Of a stretch of DNA of 64,000 nt, positions 20,244-30,296 are shown piece by piece. The position numbers and the translations under genes were made by a program. The stretch spans positions 30,838-94,837 of the forward strand of contig JAQSYR010000001.1 in NCBI GenBank assembly GCA_029256035.1, given 5' to 3'. The notes below the pieces were generated by a model that did no database searches, had not been told where the DNA came from, and was given only the letters and a program-made list of their open reading frames with translations. Position 1 is the first letter of the stretch. Every line of letters begins with the position of its first letter. Source of the DNA: Anaerocolumna sp. GTDB taxonomy: Bacteria; Bacillota; Clostridia; Lachnospirales; Lachnospiraceae.

Positions 20244-21659
20244 TTATCTAATATATTCCCATTGTAGCTTTGTTCCGTCAGGCAATTTTCCAGCTGACTT
20301 TATTTTTTTATTACAACATTCACCTATGCCAGATGAAGATTTTAATCCATAATATTTTGACGCTTCTATTATTGAATTAAATTTTTTATTTGTTGTTGTG
20401 CATATAACTTTTTTACGATTATTATCCCAAATTTTTATGTGATTTTTATTTGTGACTTCTTCAGGATTATATTTGCACCAACCAAATTTTGTACCTTTAA
20501 TCAAATATACTCTCACAGTGCTTTGATGAATACCTACCATATCTGAAATATCTGCCGTCGATAATAATGTGTTTTTACTGTAAATATTACATACTATTTT
20601 AACCAAACTTTTTGTTGCCATTTCATCACATTGTTTCCAATTAACACTTGATAAATCTAGGATATTATTAATTCTACTATTTAAAATATTATTTTTTATG
20701 TATTCTAAATCACTTTGTATACAATCAACTCTGATTATATCAATTTTATGTTCATTGGCTAAGCTATTTTTTAAATTATCTATTTCTATGCTTTCTTGTA
20801 ATGTAATCTCTGAATTAGGTAATATTTTATTACCATGACCTATAGCACCATCCATTTCAATAATATATTCTTTATTATCTAATGTTTTTAAGTATAAATC
20901 ATAAAATTTACCCATCGCCCATTCTGGACTATATTCTCTTACATAAGAATAAAATTGATTTTTGCATTGTTCTATAACATAATAAATTAATTTATTTGGA
21001 TATGATATACCATCTCTACAGATGCATCCTATTGAATGATTTTCATAAATCGAATATATTTGTATACTATTTTGTTTTACTCTTCCACAATCAGGACAAA
21101 TAGGATATATTCTTTGCTGTGATCGACGTGTATATAACTTCGCTTCATCATAACCACATTTGAAATATGGAATCATCCATGGAGCAGTAGTTGGGATGTC
21201 ATTAATTCCTTCAACAACAGTCTTGCCATCGCAACATGAACATCCTTTTCCTGATAATAAACGATTTTCTTCAATCCATCCATTATCCCAACCACATACA
21301 TTGCACTTATATCTATACCATTTCCATTTCCGTTCTTTACTATCTCGGCGATATTCTTGATCTAATATAGTTAAATTACGCTTGTTATCTTTGATTTTTG
21401 TACTAATTTCAAGCTTAAACCATTTAGATTGTTTTCCAATAACATTTGCTAAATAAGCGTTTTTTAAACTATTACATTTTATTAGTTTTATTTTATCTTT
21501 GTATTTTACTATTAAAGTTTGCTTATCTTTGTTATACTTAATAATTTTAATTATTCCTATTATATCGTCATATATAAAATTAATTTCATATCCCAAACAA
21601 TGAGTCCAATCTATTCCCTTATAATTTACAGGTAAATCATCTAAGAACGTTTTTCTCAA
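20244..21659 (-). CDS. putative free-standing endonuclease (Zn ribbons + Vsr/DUF559-like nuclease + NUMOD-like tail)
   Basis: CxxC pairs, YDLY...IIEMDG...H, C-terminal KKVIC...FNSIIEASKY...IGECC. Confidence 0.7.
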   Translation of the reverse strand: MRKTFLDDLPVNYKGIDWTHCLGYEINFIYDDIIGIIKIIKYNKDKQTLIVKYKDKIKLIKCNSLKNAYLANVIGKQSKWFKLEISTKIKDNKRNLTILDQEYRRDSKERKWKWYRYKCNVCGWDNGWIEENRLLSGKGCSCCDGKTVVEGINDIPTTAPWMIPYFKCGYDEAKLYTRRSQQRIYPICPDCGRVKQNSIQIYSIYENHSIGCICRDGISYPNKLIYYVIEQCKNQFYSYVREYSPEWAMGKFYDLYLKTLDNKEYIIEMDGAIGHGNKILPNSEITLQESIEIDNLKNSLANEHKIDIIRVDCIQSDLEYIKNNILNSRINNILDLSSVNWKQCDEMATKSLVKIVCNIYSKNTLLSTADISDMVGIHQSTVRVYLIKGTKFGWCKYNPEEVTNKNHIKIWDNNRKKVICTTTNKKFNSIIEASKYYGLKSSSGIGECCNKKIKSAGKLPDGTKLQWEYIR

Positions 21660-21916
21660 TCACAAACATCCTCATCTATACCTAGTGATGACTCTTGCAT
21701 AACAGTCAATGCCCAAATTTCTTCTTTCTGTGCTCCATAAGGAATAATCTGTAATTTTGTTTTCTCACCTTTGCCAGAAATCTTAGTTAATGTACCACTA
21801 ATTACTTCACCTGTTTCTGCTACGAATTTAATCTTCATACCTTCATCAATTCTTAAAGAACCTTCTGCATCTTCAATATACATTGATTTGAATGGATTTG
21901 TTACTGTAATAATCAT
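21656..21916 (-). CDS. hypothetical protein
   Basis: 86 aa ORF with RBS. Confidence 0.75.
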   Translation of the reverse strand: MIITVTNPFKSMYIEDAEGSLRIDEGMKIKFVAETGEVISGTLTKISGKGEKTKLQIIPYGAQKEEIWALTVMQESSLGIDEDVCD

Positions 21917-21961
21917 AATATGTATTCTCCTTTTCTTTTATATGTTTATTATTATTTATAT

Positions 21962-22243
21962 TTAATGTTTTATTAACTGATTCATTTCTCCTATTACTTT
22001 GATACATGCATTAAAATATTCTTCAAATACTGCTCGTCTTATTTCTGAACTAATAATTTCAATGCTATCCAATTTCTTCTCATAATCAAGTTTAATTAAG
22101 TGAGTATATTTTTTGTTTGGTTCAAATACTACAGGATTAATACCATTTGTATCTGAAATTGGATTCTTAATTATCTCTTCGTCTATCATCTTTTCAATTT
22201 GTTTATATGTAGGTAATCTGCTCCTTGTTATATCTCTCACCAC
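21962..22243 (-). CDS. hypothetical protein
   Basis: 93 aa ORF downstream of promoter at 22278-22306. Confidence 0.65.
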   Translation of the reverse strand: MVRDITRSRLPTYKQIEKMIDEEIIKNPISDTNGINPVVFEPNKKYTHLIKLDYEKKLDSIEIISSEIRRAVFEEYFNACIKVIGEMNQLIKH

Positions 22244-22351
22244 CTTCCAAAACTAACCAATCGCTTGCTACTTGTTTATTGTATATTATTATTTATATAT
22301 TGTCAATACTTGTTTGATATTATTTGTATTTAATTTGAAAATTAGTAAACT

Positions 22352-22618
22352 TTATCTTATTCCTGTATATTTATTTTTTGCTGCAAACTTATTACAAGAA
22401 ATAGAAACTTTTATTTTATCCTCTATACTATTAACAATTTTAAAGATATCTTCAGTCGATTTGATTATATCTTCTTTTATATTACAAACGTCAGATTTGA
22501 TACAATTGTCACATGTCTTATCGTCTGAATTAACATCAAAAACTGAACCATTTGAAGGTGGTACACATCCTGATACTTTATTTGTTGGTTGATAACCATT
22601 TTGTTTCTCAGTACACAT
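22352..22618 (-). CDS. hypothetical protein
   Basis: 88 aa ORF with RBS. Confidence 0.65.
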   Translation of the reverse strand: MCTEKQNGYQPTNKVSGCVPPSNGSVFDVNSDDKTCDNCIKSDVCNIKEDIIKSTEDIFKIVNSIEDKIKVSISCNKFAAKNKYTGIR

Positions 22619-22656
22619 TTTAATTACTCCTTTCCAAAGTCGATAAAAGGCTCAAT

Positions 22657-22899
22657 TTATAATGATTTAAGTTCATTATTTAATGCTTTAATATCTTCTT
22701 CAATCTGTATTTTTCTAATATCTTTTTCCGAAAGTCTCTCTGAAATTAAAATTCTTAAATTTTCTTGACTTATAAATATATCGTTTTGAATTTCGATATC
22801 CTTTTTAGCTTTTTCACAATTACACTTACAATTAAGCATTTCTTTGCCGCAATAAGAGCAAAATAACCTACCACCTGCTGTAAAAGATGACGACATCAT
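22657..22899 (-). CDS. hypothetical Zn-ribbon protein
   Basis: CSYCG...CKCNC. Confidence 0.7.
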   Translation of the reverse strand: MMSSSFTAGGRLFCSYCGKEMLNCKCNCEKAKKDIEIQNDIFISQENLRILISERLSEKDIRKIQIEEDIKALNNELKSL

Positions 22900-23375
22900 G
22901 GCAACTCCTCCTTTCCAATAAGAACATCAATCACTTGTTTTGTTGTCTAATATTATTTATTACTCTTCATCATCGTCATCATCCAAGTCAAATGAATCAT
23001 CTTCCTCTACAATAATATGTCCACAAAAACTTGATTGTTCTGAATCTACTTCAAACTCTGAACAAAGTATTTCCCATGATTCTTCACTGAAATCATCTTT
23101 ACTAAAGAATACACATTTATCATTTTCCATTATAATAACTCTCCTTTCTTAATCGAATATCGAATTTATTCTATTTTTACAAAACAACTATCTTACCATA
23201 ACTTTCTTCTTTTACTTCTATATCGTGCTCATTTAAATCTCTTGTACCATGATAACATCCACCGCCATCAGCATATTGAATTTCTACTTCGCAGTTTTCA
23301 ATACCTCGTTCTTGAGCATAAACATATAAATCTTTAATGGTCATATATCTTCCTTTCCAAAAGCAAATAAGTTTT

Positions 23376-24275
23376 CTATTTCATTGCCAGTTTTTCATCT
23401 CTAACTATGTTAAACATATCTTCAATATTATCTAGTAACCCATATCTTTTTTCTGCCACTGAACATCTAGCAAAATTCTGATTAACAAGATCAACATACA
23501 TGGTGTACATGCCGTCATCTCCCATATAAAACTCATTCCAATCTTTCTCGCTCATCAATCTTTTTACATTAAGTTGCTCAATCGCTAGATTATCGAAACT
23601 AACTACTTTAAACTGCTTTGTGATTTCTGCTAGATTTTTATATAGCCATTCCTGTTTTGTTGTAATATCGTCCTGTCTTACTTCATACCAACTAATACCT
23701 CTTCTAAAGTGTTTGTATCCAAGAATAAGCATTTTTAAATCATTGTCTTTTAAAACTTCAATATCAGAAGGTTTCAAAACTCCATTAATAACATGAATTA
23801 CAGCATTATCATATTGCTTAATCAACTCTACAAATCCTTTTGAAGCATCTACAAGAGACACACCTAGTCCATAAATCAACTTTTCATTAACCAACTTCTT
23901 AATTAATTCTTGACTAGTTTCAAAATGAACTTGATTAACTGTAATGTTTGCAATAATCTTCTTCACTTTTAGCTTCTCTAAGAAAGGAATTAAGTCTGGA
24001 TGAGATAATGGATTACCACCACCTATTGCCATTTCAGTATATGGGTGCAAAGTATTAATAAATATTTGATTAAGAATATCTCCATGTTTTCCATCAATCT
24101 TACTATCTTCATGACAGAAGATGCATCCCATATCACATTGATTTGTTATCTTTACATCCATATTCTCAGGGAATGCAGCGATAAACTCATTTTCATTTGT
24201 TTCTCTTACCTTTGTTCCATCACTAAATATCTTTACTTTATAATTACCGTTTATGTACATTCCCAATTGTCTCAT
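23376..24275 (-). CDS. radical SAM protein
   Basis: CDMGCIFC (CxxxCxxC), GGGNPL, NITVN. Confidence 0.92.
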   Translation of the reverse strand: MRQLGMYINGNYKVKIFSDGTKVRETNENEFIAAFPENMDVKITNQCDMGCIFCHEDSKIDGKHGDILNQIFINTLHPYTEMAIGGGNPLSHPDLIPFLEKLKVKKIIANITVNQVHFETSQELIKKLVNEKLIYGLGVSLVDASKGFVELIKQYDNAVIHVINGVLKPSDIEVLKDNDLKMLILGYKHFRRGISWYEVRQDDITTKQEWLYKNLAEITKQFKVVSFDNLAIEQLNVKRLMSEKDWNEFYMGDDGMYTMYVDLVNQNFARCSVAEKRYGLLDNIEDMFNIVRDEKLAMK

Positions 24276-24289
24276 ATTATTCTCTCCTC

Positions 24290-24676
24290 TTAACCCTGAT
24301 ATCCGTATTCACCAAAAGCAATTACTTCTTCTCCTGATGGTGTGATGTATGTTTCTTCGTACCATTCTAATTCGTCATTTTCATAATCAGAATCTACAAA
24401 CTCATTTTCTCTAAGTATTTCATCTACCGCATCGTTGTCGTCCCAATTAGTATCATTAGAACAATACTTATCATGTTTCATAAACTCAATGGCTTCAGCT
24501 CTTGTATAAAAATTATTCTTTTGTGGTTTATATCCTTCTTCAAATGACCATCCGCTTCCTTTAAATAAAAGAATCTCACCTTTTACCCATCTATCATAAT
24601 CGGATTTTAAACACATTGTAATTGAATGAGTACTACTACTATTTGTTTCAAAAACTCCACGTCTAATCTGTTTCAT
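24290..24676 (-). CDS. 'FETNSSSTHS'-motif protein
   Basis: N-terminus MKQIRRGVFETNSSSTHSI. Confidence 0.85.
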   Translation of the reverse strand: MKQIRRGVFETNSSSTHSITMCLKSDYDRWVKGEILLFKGSGWSFEEGYKPQKNNFYTRAEAIEFMKHDKYCSNDTNWDDNDAVDEILRENEFVDSDYENDELEWYEETYITPSGEEVIAFGEYGYQG

Positions 24677-24689
24677 ATTATTTATCCTC

Positions 24690-25181
24690 CTAATTTCCTT
24701 TATAATATTCTACATGTTCATAGTCAACGTTAATATCTACATCTTCGTCATCATTATCATTTCCTGTTAAAACAAAGCTTTCTTCTGAAAATAAATATCT
24801 AAGCAACTTAACTTCATCGCCACAAATATCATTAATAATTTCTGGTAAATCTTCTGTATGGTCAATACTTGCGTTATCAATCCATGTGCCATATGTTCCT
24901 GTATAATATCTTGGTTCATCAAACGAATACTCAACTCCATTTTTATCTAAGTATTCTTTAATCTTTTCTAATAGTTTTGTTCTTTCACAACACATAATTG
25001 CTGTATATAGATACTCTGCTTTAGATGAGCTATCATGATAATTTTCACATTCCAATCCAAATTCACCTAATCTAAAGTGGATTGATTTAGGAATATTTAA
25101 TAACTTATCTCTACTGGTAATACAAATACTATGTGTGCTGCTTGAATTTGTTTCAAATACATTTCTTCTTATTTGTCTCAT
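24690..25181 (-). CDS. 'FETNSSSTHS'-motif protein
   Basis: N-terminus MRQIRRNVFETNSSSTHSI; SIDH and GNDN motifs. Confidence 0.85.
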   Translation of the reverse strand: MRQIRRNVFETNSSSTHSICITSRDKLLNIPKSIHFRLGEFGLECENYHDSSSKAEYLYTAIMCCERTKLLEKIKEYLDKNGVEYSFDEPRYYTGTYGTWIDNASIDHTEDLPEIINDICGDEVKLLRYLFSEESFVLTGNDNDDEDVDINVDYEHVEYYKGN

Positions 25182-25224
25182 ATTATCTCCTTTTCTTATT
25201 AAATATCATAATAAAATGTCACAT

Positions 25225-25521
25225 TTATTCTGACTCTTCCGCACTATCGAAAAAGTTATCAAACGGTTCTAGATCTCCATTTAAATGCCAGTTAGCGACA
25301 TCTAAACCTGTACCATATAATTCGCAAAAGTAATCATAGAATTTTTGCAAATGTTCAATTCGTCCTTGTAGTTCTTCCACTTCATCAGGCATTAAATTTG
25401 TATCTTCATATGCTGCCAACTTGCCTAATACCATTTGTAATAATTCATATACGCTATAATCTTCTGTGTCAACTTTCTTATTATCAAATCCACTTGTCGT
25501 AATCTTAGTTAATCTTTCCAT
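25225..25521 (-). CDS. hypothetical phage protein
   Basis: MERLT...KLAAYED, a common phage motif. Confidence 0.75.
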   Translation of the reverse strand: MERLTKITTSGFDNKKVDTEDYSVYELLQMVLGKLAAYEDTNLMPDEVEELQGRIEHLQKFYDYFCELYGTGLDVANWHLNGDLEPFDNFFDSAEESE

Positions 25522-25522
25522 A

Positions 25523-25933
25523 TTATTTCTCCTCTCCTAGCCGTTTCATCATTTCTTCATATTTCTTTTCAAAATATTCTTTCTTTTCTAATTCACTCAT
25601 AACAGAAATTCTTGCTCGTTCTTCTAATACTTCTTTATTTCGTTGTTCTATCTTGTTTATTCTATCTTCCACATATTTATAATAGCCATCCATATAAAAA
25701 CATCCATCTTTGTTATAACCAGTGATAACCTCTTTAATATAATCAAGTAAACCAGAATCCTTTTCTACTTCTTCCTTTGTAAAATGGATTCCTGCTGATA
25801 GATAATTTCCACATTCACACTTCATATGATAAAGAGGGTGTCCGTAACCATCTCTGATGTTTACTACATGTGGAATGTCTGAATTCATTTTAAAATTAAT
25901 ATCTAACTTCTTGCATTTTGGACAATAAAATAT
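25523..25933 (-). CDS. hypothetical Zn-ribbon protein
   Basis: ATA start after GAGGTGA adds CPKC that can pair with downstream CECG. Confidence 0.7.
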   Translation of the reverse strand: MFYCPKCKKLDINFKMNSDIPHVVNIRDGYGHPLYHMKCECGNYLSAGIHFTKEEVEKDSGLLDYIKEVITGYNKDGCFYMDGYYKYVEDRINKIEQRNKEVLEERARISVMSELEKKEYFEKKYEEMMKRLGEEK

Positions 25934-26061
25934 CGTAAAATCACCTCATTTCTTCTAATCAAATCAAAATTATATTTGGTTGGCTTTTTCATTACTGAAA
26001 ATTTCTCGTCAAATTACAACGGACTACTTAGGACTCCAACCTAGCCATCTACTACTTTAGA

Positions 26062-27252
26062 TTACTCTATCCGTAGATACTTAAAACTTGTATGATATTC
26101 TTGTTTAATGTCTTCATTGAAATTAAGAATGTTTATTGCTCCTACCAAATCTCTGTGCTGATGATAACCACACCTATAATCATAGTTACGAGAATTTGGC
26201 TTGTGACGCTTTCCACAATGAGGACAGGTCTGAGAACTATATGCTTCACTTACTTTTATCATTTCTATTCCATATCGTTCCAATTTGTTTCGTAGCTGTA
26301 AAGTGAGTTCTCCATAGTTCCATTCGTTTAATTTCTGACCAACCATTTTACCAATCTTTTCAGATGAATTTCGAGTGCAGTTGTCTAAATCACCATAGTA
26401 AACTTTAGAAATATTATTCTCTAAGCAGTAATCGAGATATAATTTTGATATCTTATGAACACAGTCAAATATCTGCCTTTCTGTCTTATACTTTAAATTC
26501 CATAATGCATTTCTATATGTCTTATATTGTTTACTATGCTTTTTACATTTCGACATTTTACTTCTTAATTTACCTTGTTCTTTATCTCTTAACCTCTTGA
26601 TACTTCTTAATTTTCTTCCAGTAATAATTATTGCATGTCCATTATTATCTATAGATGTAATGCTATGTATTTCTCCAAGATCAATAGCCGCTGAATTATT
26701 GGATTGAATTAATTGTTGTATATCTTCTTCCTTATATTTAATTACTAAATATAATCCATTACGATATACCAATTCAATCTCTTTAATATCTTGTGGAATG
26801 TTTTTTGTATAACATTTGACAGGTGGATTGTTTATTTTCTTACCATTTTCATCATGCGATATTGGTCTTGATAATTTTATCAATCCTTTCTCAAAATCAT
26901 ATTTAATACTTTGATAATCCCAACCTGTATTAAAATACTTCTTTTTCTTATAAGGTAATTTTACTTTATTGCTTGTATCATGCTTTGCTTTAATTGACCT
27001 AAACATTGAATCTCTTGCAAACATATACTTTCTATAAACATAGTAAATTCCTTTTGCGTGAAGATTGTTATAACACTTAACTGCTGTTTGTATAGTTCTC
27101 ATATCCATATATTTTTTATTATTTGTATAATATTCTTTATCAATCTTCACGCAATAATTCCAAACTTCGGCTGACAATTTGTTCAGTCTCAATAAATAAT
27201 GATAATCAGTTTTGCTACACTTAACTGGTATTATTTTTGTTTTATATATTAT
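26062..27252 (-). CDS. tnpB: TnpB-family RNA-guided nuclease (solo, rearranged RuvC-II)
   Basis: AIDLG, YYGDL, VSEAYSSQTCPHCG, HRDLVGAINI; probable ATA start at 27252; no adjacent TnpA. Confidence 0.9.
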   Translation of the reverse strand: MIYKTKIIPVKCSKTDYHYLLRLNKLSAEVWNYCVKIDKEYYTNNKKYMDMRTIQTAVKCYNNLHAKGIYYVYRKYMFARDSMFRSIKAKHDTSNKVKLPYKKKKYFNTGWDYQSIKYDFEKGLIKLSRPISHDENGKKINNPPVKCYTKNIPQDIKEIELVYRNGLYLVIKYKEEDIQQLIQSNNSAAIDLGEIHSITSIDNNGHAIIITGRKLRSIKRLRDKEQGKLRSKMSKCKKHSKQYKTYRNALWNLKYKTERQIFDCVHKISKLYLDYCLENNISKVYYGDLDNCTRNSSEKIGKMVGQKLNEWNYGELTLQLRNKLERYGIEMIKVSEAYSSQTCPHCGKRHKPNSRNYDYRCGYHQHRDLVGAINILNFNEDIKQEYHTSFKYLRIE

Positions 27253-27290
27253 CTGTCACATCCCTTCTATTTCACGATAAAATTCGTCCT

Positions 27291-27686
27291 TTATAGTAAA
27301 TTGTTTTTATTAAATTCATCGCAAGCCCTTTGAGCTTCTTCTTCGGATGCAAATAATTCTTCTTCACGCCACACAGTTCCACTTCCTACTCCTGTTTTGT
27401 CGATCATATATTTTGTTCCACTTGTATTTTTATATTGACTATCATACTGTTCTACACATATTTTGCCTATTTTACCAGTTTTGCAGATTGTCATTTCTTT
27501 ACCTAATTTCTTATATTGTTTGTCTCCAAAACATTGAGGGCAAATGTATTCTACATCTTTCCCTTTTACGATGACAAACCCTGTGCTATCACATAAATCA
27601 CATTCCACTGGTTCATATGTACTTTTATCATTAATAACTGTACCCCATACTTGCTGTCCTAACTCAAATTTACTTTCAAATTTCAT
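27291..27686 (-). CDS. hypothetical protein with DnaJ-like CxxCxxxG zinc motifs
   Basis: CDLCDSTG, CPQCFG. Confidence 0.75.
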   Translation of the reverse strand: MKFESKFELGQQVWGTVINDKSTYEPVECDLCDSTGFVIVKGKDVEYICPQCFGDKQYKKLGKEMTICKTGKIGKICVEQYDSQYKNTSGTKYMIDKTGVGSGTVWREEELFASEEEAQRACDEFNKNNLL

Positions 27687-27951
27687 TTATTTCTCCTTTC
27701 ATTTTCCTATCAAAGTATAGTTTCATCGTAATTAATCCGAATATTTTGCTACATAATTCTCATAATAGTCATTTACGTATTCGTTCCAATCATCATCATT
27801 GTAGTTATTTTCGTCCTCATAATAGTCATCTACATCATGGTTATCTAAAACATTTTCACAATTATTATCTGATCGTTTTAAAAGTCTATCTTTAAAATCA
27901 CTACTCATAAATCCTCCTTATAAGTCTACTTTATTTAAATTATTATTGTGT

Positions 27952-28188
27952 CTACACTCCCATAATTCGCATAATTGTAAACCTAGCATTTTCATCTATA
28001 TCTTTCCACATTTTATCCAAAAGAAAATCTCTATCTCTTTTAGTAAAACGTATTTTTATATCACTACAAGCCATTGCTTTTTCACATCTCTTTATAAGGC
28101 TTTGAGCAACAATATTATTTATATCACTTTCATCTTGATTACATATCATAATAATATTTATCAGGTCTTCACTGTAATAATATTTCAT
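27952..28188 (-). CDS. hypothetical protein
   Basis: 78 aa ORF with RBS. Confidence 0.65.
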   Translation of the reverse strand: MKYYYSEDLINIIMICNQDESDINNIVAQSLIKRCEKAMACSDIKIRFTKRDRDFLLDKMWKDIDENARFTIMRIMGV

Positions 28189-28207
28189 ACTATCTACCTC
28201 TATAAGT

Positions 28208-28471
28208 TTATTTTAATTCTCTATAAGCGATACAACTACTCATACGATTCCCTTTAGCCATCCCATTTGTCGCTTGAAAATAATCTGAACCAAAACTATT
28301 ATGAACATAAATTGCATTACATCTACATGGTTGCCCATCCATATCCTCATACATTAATTCAACTTCTTTATTCCATACTAAAGGTGATACATTTGGTTCA
28401 ATAATCCCTAACTTATTCCAGTTTCTTAACTCAATTTCTTCTCTACATCTTTTCTTATTTTCTTCTGTCAT
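28208..28471 (-). CDS. hypothetical protein
   Basis: 87 aa ORF with RBS. Confidence 0.7.
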   Translation of the reverse strand: MTEENKKRCREEIELRNWNKLGIIEPNVSPLVWNKEVELMYEDMDGQPCRCNAIYVHNSFGSDYFQATNGMAKGNRMSSCIAYRELK

Positions 28472-28516
28472 ATTTACCCCTTTCTCAAAACCGATTCAAA
28501 GAATGATCTTATAGTA

Positions 28517-29599
28517 TTATTCATCATGTTTTAGTAAGAAAAGTGGATCAACTGCCTTAAAACTCTGTTTTCCATCTTTACTTCTAAACACGATACCTTC
28601 TCTTAATGTTGGATATAATTTACTTTCTCCATGTGCATATGCTAATATTTCTTTTACACTATCAGGTAAGATATAATGTTCATCAATTATAGGTACAAAT
28701 TTCAATCCATTCTGTTCAGCCCATTCTTTTGCTTCTACAGAGCCTAATCTTCCATTTGGAGTTAATACATTGAACACATATAAATCTGGCGCAGTAACCT
28801 TGTATTTATTTCCTTGTACATTAGCAGCTATACATTCACCTTGAATAGCCATAAACTCATTATCACCAATATTATTTAATAACACTTGTTTAATATTATA
28901 CTTCTTAGCTACAGTCCAATATGAAGAACTATCTTCATTCCAGATTCTAAGATTTCTAGAGCATACTCCAAACTCATATGTAGTCTTTTTAAATATTCGT
29001 TTACATTTTTCTTTTCTTAAAAAGAACGTTCCTGATTGACCATCAACCTTTTCTGTTGCTGTCCATTCGTTTTTGTTTTGTAAATAAAATGGTGCATTCT
29101 GAATTCTAGTTTCATCTGTTTTACTAATAAATTCTGGAAATCCTTTAGCTTGTTTCTTTGGTAATACCAACTTTCTAAACCAATTAAATTTCATTAAGAA
29201 ATTAGGATATTTCTTTTTACTATCTGATGATGCTGGTGCATTTCTTTCAATGTCCATTGTTTCTTCATACTGTTTAATTCCCAAAATCTCAGTAACATCT
29301 TGATCTAATTCATAATCACCTTCTGGCAAAATACTTAATGGGAAACAAATACCCTGACTGATTACTCCTGCCATCTTCATAGTTTTAATTCTAAACTTTT
29401 TACTTCTTAGAAATTCAAATTGTTCAGTCTCTGGCATTACACTATCAATTTCTATGTAACAGCATTTATCACCAATATTAAATTCCCCTTTTTTTACTAT
29501 GCATTGCCAACCAGAAACCCCTACTAATTCAATTTTATCCCTATCTTTAATAGGACTTAACCATTCAATTTTTTCAATATGCGCTAATTTTCTCATCAT
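28517..29599 (-). CDS. RNA ligase (Rnl2/DRB0094 family)
   Basis: MRKLA...GWQC, YIEIDS, SQG, KTDETRIQN, TEKVDG motif I, QGE, EGIV, FKAV. Confidence 0.92.
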   Translation of the reverse strand: MMRKLAHIEKIEWLSPIKDRDKIELVGVSGWQCIVKKGEFNIGDKCCYIEIDSVMPETEQFEFLRSKKFRIKTMKMAGVISQGICFPLSILPEGDYELDQDVTEILGIKQYEETMDIERNAPASSDSKKKYPNFLMKFNWFRKLVLPKKQAKGFPEFISKTDETRIQNAPFYLQNKNEWTATEKVDGQSGTFFLRKEKCKRIFKKTTYEFGVCSRNLRIWNEDSSSYWTVAKKYNIKQVLLNNIGDNEFMAIQGECIAANVQGNKYKVTAPDLYVFNVLTPNGRLGSVEAKEWAEQNGLKFVPIIDEHYILPDSVKEILAYAHGESKLYPTLREGIVFRSKDGKQSFKAVDPLFLLKHDE

Positions 29600-30191
29600 T
29601 ATATATACCATCTCTTTCTAAATATTCTATTGCATTTTTCATAACTAAAGTATTATCCTTAAACATACCAAGTGCAGAATTACAATTCTTACATATGATT
29701 CCGCGTATAATTTGTGTTTCATGGTTATGATCGATACATGGTCTTTTTGAATTATCTTCTTTATCAAATAAGACATTACACAAGCAACATTTGTTATTTT
29801 GTTTATCTAATAAATCTTTATATTGTTCAAGTGAAATATTATATCTACTTTTTAAAGAATACCTATCTATACCAAATTCTTATATATCTTTTTCTCTTTG
29901 TAATCTTTGATTATTAATAGTTCTTTTATAAATTTTATCTTTGTTTTCCTGAAAATATTTTGCTTTATATTCCTTAATGCGTTTCTTTTGTTCTTCGGCA
30001 TTTACTCTTTTTATACACCCACATGATTTACTTCTTTCAAGAATTAAAGCCTTTCCTTCTACTTGCTTTCTTTCTCCACAAATACAGTTGCACATGTAAA
30101 CATCAGAACCGTTCTTGTCTTTGTAACATTCTGAATCAACAGTCCAATTATTGTATTTATCACCAATTTTTAAACCACTATATTTACCCAT
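29574..30191 (-). pseudogene. endonuclease VII-type (His-Me) homing endonuclease split by an in-frame TAA
   Basis: ORFs 29880-30200 and 29574-29783 share one frame; reading through TAA 29880-29882 gives ...CCLC...IDHNH...RGIICKNCNSALG. Confidence 0.8.
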
Positions 30192-30256
30192 TACATCCAC
30201 ATTCCTTCAATTGGCATCATATCACTTACTACTTTAACACTTGCTAATTTCCTCAT
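30191..30256 (-). pseudogene. 21-codon stub duplicating an RNA-ligase N-terminus
   Basis: MRKLASVKVVSDMMPIEGMWM* after GAAAGGAG; its TAA overlaps the endonuclease ATG (TAATG). Confidence 0.75.
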
Positions 30257-30296
30257 TATTCTCTCCTTTCAAATTCCAAATGAAATGCGCTTTTGA

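Noticed and set aside
29574-30256. Group I intron in the RNA ligase
   Set aside because: The insert is entirely coding with no room for a ribozyme core, and the downstream ligase has its own complete N-terminus
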